Below the pieces are notes generated by a model. It saw nothing but the letters and a program-made list of their open reading frames with translations, did no database searches and was not told the DNA's origin. A stretch of DNA of 64,000 nt, taken from assembly GCA_907165135.1 (NCBI GenBank), contig OU015567.1, forward strand, positions 14,756,001 to 14,820,000, in the 5' to 3' direction. Shown here in pieces: positions 11,489 to 22,700 of this stretch; positions within the stretch are counted from its first letter, which is position 1, and every line of letters starts with the position of its first letter. The DNA is from Oikopleura dioica. Taxonomy: Eukaryota; Animalia; Chordata. The position numbers and the translations under genes were made by a program.

Positions 11489-12612
11489 CTCTTCTTCTTT
11501 TCTGTTCTCTCAGGCTCCAAAATCAGAATAATTCTAGCCAACTCGGGGCGGGATTGGGCGCCCAGCTCTAATTTTGTCCAATTGCGCGGAGTGGCGCGCC
11601 TGGACAAAAAAATTTGGGAGGTCCCGACCGAGAAATAGGAAAAAAAAAAGAAAGAAAAAGAATATTGATCTTGGCCTGGGGCGAGTGCGACCAGCCCTGG
11701 AGAGGGGAGAGAGCGCGCTACACACGCCTCGCTCGTTTACTCTGAGGGCGAGATTTTCTCTTTCAGTCACTCGCGGAAATGTTAGGAAAAGATGACTGTA
11801 ACTGAGAATTGTGCGGCACGGTGGCTGTAGTTTTGTTCCCTTTTGAACTGAAAGAAAAATAAGAGCGAGAGATTTTTCGATGAAATGAAGGAAAAACGCA
11901 TTCTTGGAAGAGATTTTTGACAAGAAGATTTTGAAGAACGAAGATTCTTTAGTAAAGAAATGTCCATTCTTTGAAAATCAAGAAGAAAATGGATAATTTT
12001 TTGCGAATCGATTTTTACTTAGAGCTAGATGGGGAGGTGGCACGAATCGCCAAAATTGCGACAATTTTTACGAAATTTTGGTCAAATTTATGACCAATCA
12101 GATGTCCGCATTCGACTTGCAGGCCAATCAGATTTCCGAAAAAACTTCCGAATCTTAATTGGGCTTTTTTTCATATTTTCCTCAATAAAAATTCAAGAAT
12201 CCTATTTTTTGTATCTAAACGAGTACTTCTAATATGAATTTATCAATAATTTTCGAATAAAATCTTCCAAAATAAATGCGCTGTGTATATTTATGCCTTG
12301 ACAAAGCATCTCTAGAATAGAAAAAAAGGCGCTATAATTTTCGCACACTCATCCCAAAATCACAGTTTCGTCAGCACTTGAACCGCCAGAGTCAATATTT
12401 ATCAGCAGAGCATTTTGTATGCCCATCTGATTCAAGAGAGAATGCTCCGTCTTTTGCCCAAGTTCGTGAAAAAAAAAAAAAGAAAAGAAAGCATAATTGA
12501 GACAATAATCTCAATTTTAGTCTCATTCATCAATATTTTTTGTGACACTTTCTTGAGCCCCCGCGCTGAATAAAAATTAACGTCGTCTTTTGTAGAGATA
12601 AAGGATGATCTG

Positions 12613-15600
12613 ATGTCGGGCGAAACAACGAAGCAACGAAAACTCCAACACAAGAAACGCCGACCGCATTTCCACAGGTACACCCTTAATCTCCGGAAAG
12701 AGAAAAACCGTAGAAAATCAGTAGGCAAAAATAGCATAATTCGTAATTCCACCGCTTTACTTACCACTCAGAAAATCGGGCAAATCGTGGCTCAGGTAAA
12801 AAAAGAACAAAAACGAACTTTTTTGAAAGAAAACTTACTTGCTACTGGTAATTACATTTGCGTGCCAATTAAAACATAAAACCACTACGAGTTACAGTAA
12901 GTTCCTGGGCTCGGCAACATTTGCAGGAGACCTGAGTCAGGCTTCTAAAAGGACTTCAATGAAAAGCTGCGGCTTTTTTAAAAAAGATGAGCCGCGAATT
13001 TTCATTGAAGCTCTTTCAGAACCCTGACTCAGGCCTCCTACACAGGTTACCGAGTTCGCCTAATTAACTATTTGATTTTTGATCATGCGTTTTTGAACTA
13101 ATTAATCGAGCTAGCCGACTAACTCTTCCTTTTTCAACCTTTTTGCGTTGGAAAAAAGGTCATTTGAGCGTAATAACTTAGGACCATTTCCACAAAAACA
13201 CACATTTGCATTTAAAAATTAAAATTGTATGCGTTCCTTCTTAGCTAACCTTTTTGAATAATTAATCAAGCTGCACAAGCGATAAGAAAGAATAAATTTT
13301 ATTTTCAGGCAGCGAGAAAAGGTTCTCCGTGGAAATGACGATCCGTTGGCGGCGGTATTTTCTTGGGGCGTCAGGTACTTATCTTATTTCCGAATCGTCT
13401 GTTGTACAAATCTGCGTTTTAAGCCATCATCAGCGAGAGCTGTCTGTCATTCCTCAGCCGAAAATGCTGCTAGCTGACGATTTCAAAGCGTATTCCAAGC
13501 TATGTGTTTGAAAATCGAATAAAAAAGGAAGAAGGCATCATTTGATGGCAAAATTATTCAAACACTGTCAGTTAAAAGTGGAAAATCACGCGTTCAACCG
13601 AACCTTGTTACCTGGCCACTACAAGGCAAGGGCTAATCGATACTGAGAAATCGAGTTTGATTACTTTGGCAGGAGGATAGGCTCTTTTTTCACTCAATAA
13701 TACAGGCTCATCGGATTCATTCTGTATTTATCCGCGCTTAATCCGCGCTCTACTGAATAATTCATTCTATAAATGATGCATATTCTGAAATCGAAACGAA
13801 ATTATTTGAAAAGGCCATTATCATAAATCCTTTCTCCTTTTTCCTGCCAAAGTTTCAGTACTTCAAGTACCGCGCTAACCCCTCTAAGGTCAAAGAGTAC
13901 TGCCCATTAGTTTTCCGCGGACTGCGAGAGCGTTTTGACATTTCCGAGGTAAGCCCTAATTTGTGCAGGAGATAGATTTGCCTATTTACCTAAATTAATC
14001 TAGGATGATTATACGGATTCCCTATCGCTGCATCATATTGAGCCTCTTATTACACAAGGAATCGTTCTCTAAAGAAAGTACAGTATCAATCTTACATAAA
14101 ACAATACGGTATTGTCAATACCTCTATGCTGAGCAACCTGTGCAGAGACCTCAGTCTGGGTTCTGCGCGACCTTCAATGAAAGGGCTTTCAGAACTCTGA
14201 CTCAGGTTTTTACGCAGGTTCCCAAACTGAGCGTCTGTGCTTGTTTCATCTTCTTTTAGTGAAGATATTCTTTTTTGAAACGAGGAAAAGATGAAATCGA
14301 AAAGATGGAAGAGGCGAACGCAGACGGAAGAATGCCCGGAAAACTGCGAAAACGCGACATCCTAAGATCCTACTGCGGTCGATTCATCGTCTCCCTCATC
14401 TCCACCGAAGATGTCGAGCAATTACATAATGTTTTGCCTAGCTATTACGCCATGGATTCGAAAAACGTTACTTTTCAGAATTGATCAACTTTTTTTACGA
14501 ACTTGAACTTTGTCCCGTGACGAGTAGTATAACAGCCGCCGTCACGAATCTATGAAATGTTTATTGCCATTCTGTAATTCATAAAATAAGTCATGAATCC
14601 GAATGAAAGCCCACGTCGTCGAGCAAAAAGGAGAAACCTTGCTTCCAAACTGGCTTGGTCTCTACAGATGCGGCATCAGCAATCGCTCAGACAGATATTT
14701 ACTCGTCACTAAGTGAGTCAAGGCTCCAGTAGATTGCAACTAATGACGGGTTTACTAGATCTATAACGCGGCGGATCGAGGTGCTCTCCGAAGCCTTCCG
14801 ACTCAAGGGGACGAAAATGGAGAAAATCGAAAAGAAGCAAAAGAAGGAGAAGAAAAAGGAGGAAAAAGAAGAAGACAAGGAAAAGAAAGAACTCAGGGTG
14901 AGAAAGATTCCTTTGAGGGTTTTTTGTATTGTAGATAAATAATAGTTTGTACATCATACAAGCATAGAAAGATCAGTGTGAGGTTTTGTGTCGGATAAGA
15001 TAATGGATTTTCTTCATTGCCTTTCGCTTGAACCTCTTTCCGCAGCTGAGACAGACATGTTTCTTGAGCCCAGCCCGGACCTCGTCCCAGCTGGAAATGC
15101 TAGACCAATTCATGTCATGAACGAGCTCATCTTCGTGCGCATTTTCCATGTGAATTTCGAGCGCGCCGGCGTGATAGAAGCTCTTTGCGCAATAGTCGCA
15201 GTAATACTCGACGATTTTTTCGTTTCGTCGCAGCGTTTCGGAGTTGATCTCTGTCCTGTTAAGGGTTAATCGTCTTCCGAGGCGTTGGTGACGGGTGGGG
15301 ATTTCACTGACAGACTTGAGCTTTTTAATTGTCGCGTGGCGGGAGTAGGAGACGATGTCGGTGTGAGTAGTTGTGCACATCTTTTTCTTGTTGTTTGAGT
15401 TTTCTGGGTTCTTATTCCGCCGATCTGGTTATATAAAATCTTCGTCTAGCGCCCTCTCGAGATGACCAGCAGGTGATCATAACAGGATCGGCGGCTAGGA
15501 GCCTAATACAAGTAATTATCTAGGTTGCAGGATCAGAACAGCCGCCCAGCTGCGCGAGAAATCCCTATCGGCGAATTTAGGACAACATCGCCAATAGACG

Positions 15601-16497
15601 CTACGTCCCGCGGAAATTTACCGCACGCCGCCTATTCTACTTAGAAAATACAAACTCCCAGAAAATCTCGCTAATTAGCTCTTTGAAATTTTTGATATTG
15701 TGAATTGAATCGATAATCTTGCTCTCAGAAATTAGAGCTAGTATTGACCTTAATTTAGGAGCCTGAGTGGCTGCAAAGTGGAAATCGCCTTCACCTTATT
15801 CCATCTGACGCGGAAAGGTTCAGAACTTATTTGAAAAATGACCTTGAGGTAGGATGACCTTGAGCGATGAAGGGGTTTTAATTTGGTTATCATTTTAGCT
15901 CTTGCAGCGATTGAAATTGATGAATTACTCGCTCGATGTCCGCCTCTGTCCTCAATCAGGTATGTAACTTCGACACTTGGCATTTGAAGGAACATAAGAG
16001 TCTTTGATTTATCATTTCCTTAATGACAATTAAATCAAAAGACGACGAGAAAGAGGAGAACCACGACTCGGGGCACGATGGCGGCGCCAATTCTGGCGAC
16101 AATCGCGATTCTGAAAGCGATGAAGAGGACGAGTTTGAATCGTCGGAGGCTCCTACCTTCCGTTTCAAGCTAGGTAACTCAAATATTTATTCCTCGCTGC
16201 CGTTAAAACAGACCTTCTTTTTAAGAGAATGGCGGCATTGTGTATCTGAGCTTGAATGAAATTCTGAACCACTACGATACCAAGAAAAAGGCCCAAAACG
16301 CTGTGAAATCCGCGACTCATGGTGTAAGTCCTTATTCCTTCAAGTAGCCTCTTTTTCAGGTTTATTTCAGTGCTGCAAGCAAGTTCCATGTTGCACCAAC
16401 AAAGAACTAAAAAGACAAAGCATCGCATACGCACAAGAGTTTTATGACTTGCTTGTCTCCTATTTTTTCGGCGCAAGCAGGCTCGATTGCATCATGA
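12613..16497 (+). CDS. Phosphatidylinositol-5-phosphate 4-kinase type 2 (PIP4K2)-like protein, probably catalytically dead, ~12 exons
   Basis: Exon chain: IVAQ/RQREKVLRGNDDPLAAVFSWGV/..PQPKMLLADDFKAYSK/LKVENHAFNRTLLPGHYK/VKEYCPLVFRGLRERFDIS/../HVVEQKGETLLPNWLGLYR/../LLQRLKLMNYSL/../LNEILNHYDTKKKAQNAVKSATHG, colinear with PIP4K2A/B. Confidence 0.85.
12905..13059. mobile_element. Short family A MITE in PIP4K-like intron 1
   Basis: Left TIR CTGGGCTCGGCAAC is an exact family A terminus; CCTGAGTCAGG and CCTGACTCAGG blocks; degenerate right TIR. Confidence 0.75.
14124..14231. mobile_element. Short family A MITE (degenerate) in a PIP4K-like intron
   Basis: CTATGCTGAGCAACCTGTGCAGAGACCTCAGTCTGG ... 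CTGACTCAGGTTTTTACGCAGGTTCCCAAACTGAG. Confidence 0.6.
14973..15380 (-). CDS. Intronless two-finger C2H2 zinc-finger protein nested antisense in a PIP4K-like intron
   Basis: YYCDYCAKSFYHAGALEIHMENAH and HVCLSCGKRFKRKAMKKIHYLIRH; TATATAA about 50 nt upstream on the minus strand. Confidence 0.7.
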   Translation of the reverse strand: MCTTTHTDIVSYSRHATIKKLKSVSEIPTRHQRLGRRLTLNRTEINSETLRRNEKIVEYYCDYCAKSFYHAGALEIHMENAHEDELVHDMNWSSISSWDEVRAGLKKHVCLSCGKRFKRKAMKKIHYLIRHKTSH

Positions 16498-16666
16498 GTT
16501 TGACCGATTTCAAAAAGACGTCTTTGATGCATCCGTCTAAAAACTGTTCTGTCAGTGCAGAGAGCGACTTCTTTTAAAGCAGTAATCGTAATCAACTGAA
16601 GGCAGTTATCAATCCATTAAAGCATCAGTTACAGCCATTTATAAGCAGTTACCATTTATCCAGCAG

Positions 16667-16845
16667 CTTTGCTCGGCAAGCTATGTAGTAGCCTGTGTCT
16701 GGGTCCTGAAAAGATGAGAAGAAGCGTAGCGGCTTTTTTAGAAAAATAGCTTCGCGGCTACGAGTTTAAAAAAGCCGCCACGTGTCTTTTTATAAGAGCT
16801 CTTTCAGGATCCTGACTCAGGTTAGGGCACAGGTGTGGAGCCTAG
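16667..16845. mobile_element. Short family A MITE, intergenic
   Basis: CTTTGCTCGGCAAG ... CCTGACTCAGG ... CAGGTGTGGAGCCTAG; flanks TCCAGCAG / TCCCACAG (6/8). Confidence 0.7.
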
Positions 16846-17491
16846 TCCCACAGCCAGGGCCCTAGAATCACGTAAACTAAGATTTCAACTTCAGAACGAC
16901 GAGGACAAAAAAGTCAACCCGGAACGATATAGCCGCCAGTTCACTGAATTCCTTTCTTCTGCTGTCTTCACCCAATGGAATTAACAATTTCAACCTTTCC
17001 CGCGCCTGGTTCATCAAATAACTATTCATCCTAAACCAACTCGGAAACTCTTCATTCACCGCACTTTTTCCAAAAAAGAAAACAAAATCGTAGTCCATCT
17101 CTTTTTGTGTCTGTCCAAAAATATATTTATCAAGAGTTCCTAAATGGATAAGCAGCGGTGCTCTCTATCATTACTTTCAACTTCAATTTATACAAAAAAC
17201 AAACAGTACATGATAAATCGTATGATATCTTCACTGGAGAAAAAAGAAACCACCCGTCCAAAATTCTTTCCTTTATGTTCATCCAACAAGTGATTGTAAT
17301 TCCTCAAGTATCCATCCGACTCTGTTCAGTGTTGTGTTTAACTTTATAAAAAGAAAAGTCCTCTTTGGAGGACGAAAAATCTTGAATTGAAAATCTTAAA
17401 GTGAATTTCAGAAATAAGAAATTCGAAAATATTTAAATACAAAATTCAAAGTTAACGCAAATTTAACATGCCTTGTCTTTTGATTTCAGTA

Positions 17492-17632
17492 CCGCGGTTG
17501 GCATTTCTGACTGACTAACGCACATTTCATTAGCACATTTCGCAACGCTAAAACATAGGGCGTTTGTGCTAACTAGGCCCTTGTAACCTATCTAGAAAAA
17601 TAAAATTAGTCAGTCAGAAATGCCAACCGCGG
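17492..17632. mobile_element. 141-bp MITE with TA TSD (Tc1/mariner-type)
   Basis: Perfect 27-bp TIR CCGCGGTTGGCATTTCTGACTGACTAA, flanked by TA on both sides (17490-91, 17633-34). Confidence 0.85.
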
Positions 17633-17722
17633 TATATTTGATATACCAATAAACAAGTTGTATATTTAGTCGCTCTCATATAATTTTACGCAGTCTGAAA
17701 GAGAGCTTGAACTTTTGCTTAA

Positions 17723-18468
17723 GGGTAATGGTATACATCGGCGCGGCGCCGCTCGCTCGATCCGCGCTCCGCAAGAACCTATTTCTCACGAGGCCGTAAA
17801 ATCTGAACGGATCGAGATTTTTTCGAGATTTAAGCAGATTTGGAATCCTCAAAGTCTCTTCTATAAACTGATCGAAAATTAAAACAATTTACAAAGAGAA
17901 ACAATGTGAAAAGTGCCAGTTTCCTTCAAATGACATTTTCTCCATAATTTCTCATCCAAATTTTTTGAAAATTAGACTGTCTTGTAGAGAATCGTCAGCT
18001 CTACAATTCCTGTGTTTCAGATTTTTGTTTTAAGCTTTCATTAATTTTACATCGCAATTTGTAAAGAGCGCAGCGGGAGCGCGCCGCGAGAAATAGGAAG
18101 CGGAGAGGCGCGGGCGAGAATAACTCTCTTCAAAAGAGCGCACATAATTTTTGAAAGCCCAAATGAAAAATCTGAAACACAGGAATTGTAGAGCTGACGA
18201 TTCTCTACAAGACAGTCTAATTTTCAAAAATTTGGATGAGAAATTATGGAGAAAATGTCATTTGAAGAAAACTGGCACTTTTCACATTGTTCCTCTTTGA
18301 AAATTGTTTTAATTTTCGATCAGTTTATAGAAGAGACTTTGAGGATTCCGAATCTGTTTAAATCTCGAAAAAATCTCGATCCGTTCAGATTTTACGGCTT
18401 CGTGAGAAATAGGTTCTTGCGGAGCGCGGATCGAGCGAGCGGCGCCGCGCCGATGTATACCATTACCC
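17723..18468. mobile_element. 746-bp foldback MITE with ~300-bp TIRs and TTAA TSD (Kolobok-like termini)
   Basis: TTAA|GGGTAATGGTATACATCGG ... CCGATGTATACCATTACCC|TTAA; arms 17723-~18026 and ~18166-18468 are near-perfect inverted copies. Confidence 0.9.
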
Positions 18469-18645
18469 TTAAAAAGAGAAGCCGCTTGCAGCTACTAGAG
18501 ATTTATATTATAGCCGCGCTTTGTGCGGCTTTTTTTAAGGTCGAAGCCGCAAGCGGCTTCTCGAACTTACGGACAGGAGTGAAGAAAAAGAAGTAATATA
18601 TTTTCTGAAATGCATTATTTTTCAAAACCGCAATTTTCAGAAAAA

Positions 18646-19467
18646 ATGGACAGTTCGATCGGTCTCCTCAGCAACGTCGCCACACTGGTGACAATATTCA
18701 TGTTCCTCTGTCCGTTCAACGAGTGTCGGACCGCTCTACAGACGAGGACGCTTTCCCCTTCCTTCAACATCCTTCCATATGTAACGACGGCAATGACTTC
18801 AACGCTGTGGTTTACTTACGGCCTCATGACAGAGCAGCCGCCACTGGTGCGTGTCAACATTGTGGGCATCGTCCTCGAAGTCGCCTATTCGGCGATTTTT
18901 TTCAGAATAGCGAGAACGAATAAAAACGCCAAGATACTTGTCGGAGCTCTTGCATTTACTTTCTCCGTTCTTGCGCTCACTTATATTGTCGAACCACCAG
19001 GAACGTTTCAAAATAAAGGAACCAAGCTAAGCCTATCTGAATCTTTCTTCTAAAACGCGTGAAAGAATTCGCAATACAACTGCTCGGCCTGGTTTGTTGC
19101 TCTGTCAATATCATTTGCTTTGCTTCCCCGCTAGCAGCTGCTAAAGAAGTAATCAGGTGATGCACAAGCTCGCTAATCAAGCTCAAAAATCTAATGCGCC
19201 AATTCCAAGAACGAAAAGTACAGAGTCTCTTCCTCCTTTCGTCGTCCAAGTCTCAATGTTTTTCACCCCTCTTCTTTGGTTTTTCTACGCGTATCTTATC
19301 GGTAAGATTCGTTATCAAATTAAAATGCATCATGCTTTTCTTCAGACGATACGTTTCAAAAGATTCCAAATGGCTTGGGCGCTCTCCTAGGATTGTTTTC
19401 AATGTATCTTCGTTACAAATACAAGCAAGGAAAATCGAGAAATGACTATCTTCCACTTGGGGCCTGA
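18646..19467 (+). CDS. SLC50A1: SWEET1 / SLC50A1 sugar transporter (four exons)
   Basis: MtN3/PQ-loop repeats: FMFLCP..., ILPYVTTAMTSTLWFTYG, VNIVG; CFASPL..KEVIR/TKSTESLP, LWFFYAYLI/DDTFQKIPNGLGALLG; GA-AG intron 19001-19065. Confidence 0.9.
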
Positions 19468-19628
19468 AATTCCAAAGAAATCGAGATTCTATGCAGAATT
19501 CTTTTAATACAGATAAATACTTTCTTCTTTAGTTAGCTTTTATGAATATTTAGTGCTACTGTAGCTCGCTGTTCTTCCGTTAAAATCTATTTTTCGCAAT
19601 CAAAGTCGGTGTAACAATGCTTCAAAGA

Positions 19629-19646
19629 CTCTCTCTCTCTCTCTCT
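19629..19646. repeat. (CT)9 microsatellite
   Basis: Nine direct CT units. Confidence 0.85.
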
Positions 19647-19751
19647 GATACAGATATGAAATATATGCAATATGCAGCATATTATATGCTCAATAAAAAT
19701 TCATCATGATACTTGAATGTCTCTTCTTTTTATTCAAGATAATTCTTAAGA

Positions 19752-22700
19752 ATGCCGAAAAATCGCCCCATAGACGATTTCAACTCGCTTTTCGGCGCGC
19801 CGATCAGCATGAAAAAAAGTCAAAGAGGAATCGAAGAAAGTCAAGAAAGGCGAAAAAACAGCAAAAGATCGCTTTCTTGTCAAAGTCGATGCGTCAAAGT
19901 TGAAGGAGAAAAAGAAGAAAAAGGCGAAAATGAAGGAGATAAACGCCAATTCCTCTCATAAGAGCGACAAAGAAAGAGTCAAAAAGAAACTCGATGAACC
20001 TAAGCCACCGAAAGTCGAGACCTCATTTAAACCTGTTCTGAAAGGTACTTTCTTTTGATTTCACGGTGTCAAAATTGTGACTCGCGCTCTTTAGAAAAAG
20101 TGAATGGCAAAATTCCGCAGAAATCGAAGTCACCGTTCAAATCATCACCGTCTCAGGACTCGTCTTCGGATTCCGAACTCGAAGGTAAAGTAAAACGCAA
20201 AAATGACGCGCTTATGGAAGGCGCTTATGCAAACAGTCAGGAGCAACTTGCTGCCAGTACTAGCACTGCGAGCACAGGTAACAAAGCTCAACAAACAGGA
20301 CCTGGTGAAATTCCATTCCAATGGTGATAGTCCTAAGACTTTCCGAGAGCCCCTCCTCGGATGATCTTCTACTTGATTGATCGAATGGTGAATTTTAAAG
20401 ATTTTCGATGTTTTGAGAAATTTCAGTCTCGAACTCGAAATATCGGAAAAGGTGATATCTGGCCATTGATCCTCACAAAAAAGCTTCTTTTAACAGCATC
20501 ATCTTCAGCGAAACCAACCTTATTTCGGCAATGAGAACATTTTTAGACGACTTGGCTGCTATCGCTCTGGAATCAAAACGAAACCAGGACGAATTCAAGA
20601 AAGAGGGAGAGATCAAGAAAGAAGAAGCCGTGAAGGAAGAATACATCGATAAGCCTGTCCTGGCCGCCCAAGCAAATCCTGTCAAGCGAAAAAGTTTTTT
20701 GTCCGAATCTGCCTCCTCTTCGAGCTCATCGTCCAGCTCGAGTTCCAGTTCTTCAAGCTCATCTGACTCCGCAAGTTCCTCAACAGATAGGTTCGTGATC
20801 AAATTCTCCTCCTTCTTCTTTACCAAACAAATTTCTAGTTCCGGCGACGAGCAAGAAAACGCCAAGAAAAAGCCAAAAGTTCAAGCAGGCAACAAGCCCT
20901 TATCAGAGTTGAATGGAAACGGGACGAAGAAACGCCGCGGCCGTCCTCCAAAGGCGAAAGTTGAGCCGACTCCTCAACCACCACCAAAGCCGACGACCTT
21001 CATTCCATCCGGCGTAAGATGGGCCGAGTCGGATTTTATCACGAATTTTATACACAAAATCTTTCATTCTGAACACCTCAATCCCGAACATCGCCCATTC
21101 CTGGTAACCTTAGGCATCCAACTATCACTAACACGAACTTCAGCACCCTCGACTTCACCCCCTCGGAGGTGGTGTATCTTTGCACGCACACTACCACGAA
21201 GTAACGAATCACCACTCGGTAACGCTCGACGAGTTTTCTGAAACCTTCGCTAAAGTCGCCATTGCCGAATACGAGCCCGGTCTGCCTGCATTCAACATCT
21301 CCATCTTCCACGGAAGCGCTGTCAAAATTCCTGACCCACTAGAATATTTCGCTAATGCCCATCCTGACCTCAATGTAAAGGTAAGTCTGGAGAATCAACT
21401 GGATGAATGCGGCTTGCGGCATCAATAAAGCGACTCGCGCGACTCAATCTTTTTCGCTCGAAGCCGCAAACGAAATACAGATAACAGTAATCAACTATAA
21501 TTCAAGGCCGAAGTCCTTGGAAACAAAAAAGAAGTACGAACAATGAAGCTGTATGAATACAAACGAAAGGTTGATGCTACGTTTCAACCCTTTTCGAGGT
21601 AAACTTTTCTTTTCACAACTCATTGTGTAACTTTAATTACAGGATGTTCCGAGAAGGACCAATGCGAGAAATCTCTCTTGTTGGAAAACGAGGCGAAGAA
21701 ACCGGATCAGGTAAGAAGAACGATGGGGATTTTTTCTGAGCGTCATTTTAAGATTTTTCGGAATTCACGAAGATGCTCCAAGAAAATGTGCCGATCATGA
21801 AATGGCTCCTTCCATGGGGAAGATTGGCGCTGGACGAAATCGACAGTCCAAATAAATCAGACGACGGGCCAATCTGGTGGATAAGACCTGGTGAACAGAG
21901 TGTTTCATGCCAACATGGTACTCCAGTCAAGGTATTTTATCGTCACTTTTTTCGTCGTTTTCAACGAGAAATTTAGGCAAACGTCGGAAAAGTTGGATTC
22001 AAGCGAGCAAGAGATTCGCGCGAACTGAACGTCATCGATCGAACATTTCCTCACTTGGATCATCAAGACGATCCTACCGGAAGAAGAACTACCCATGCCG
22101 TGGGCGTGTTGAAAGCGGTCAAGTGCGGAAAACACTTTCCTGGGTAAGATTTTGCGATGACTAATTATCTTTCGAGGCCACGACCTGGGCTCGCCATACT
22201 GTGTAGAAACCTGAGTCAGGCTCTGAAAGATCTATGATGAAAAGCCGCGCAGCGGCTTTCTTTAAAATCAAGCCGAAAAGTCTATTTTTGGACATCGACT
22301 CAGGTTTTTTACACAGGTTGCAGGGCTCAGACCGCGGCATTTCTCTAATATGAAAGAGATTTTCTCTTTTCGAGTCGTCAATTTTAAAAATTTCCGGATT
22401 TCTGGTCTTTTCTTTTTGTCAAAAAGTCGTGATGAGTGTATTTTTTTCGTTTCTTGGATTTCTCGGTTCCGAGTGATAGGAATTCTCCCTTCTTATTTGA
22501 AAATTCGAAGTTGGCGCCCTGAAAGCGCGCCACTGATTGGCTCGTGTTGATTCACTACTCTCGCCACGCTTTTTCTCCGATTGGCCGGGCGCCGCGTCCC
22601 TCACCTGACGAATCACGCAAAATGTGTAAAATTTTTGCTCCTGGAGAATGCGCGAAAGAGAATTGACACCAGAATGCGCCAAATTTCGACTCCAAAATTA

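Noticed and set aside
16877-17098. 73-aa minus-strand ORF MDYDFVFFFGK...
   Set aside because: No family match, splice pattern or other support that I can see; left unannotated.
22490-22610. CCAAT and E2F-like motifs inside an RSBN1 intron as an internal promoter
   Set aside because: Short motifs alone, with no downstream ORF or TSS evidence.
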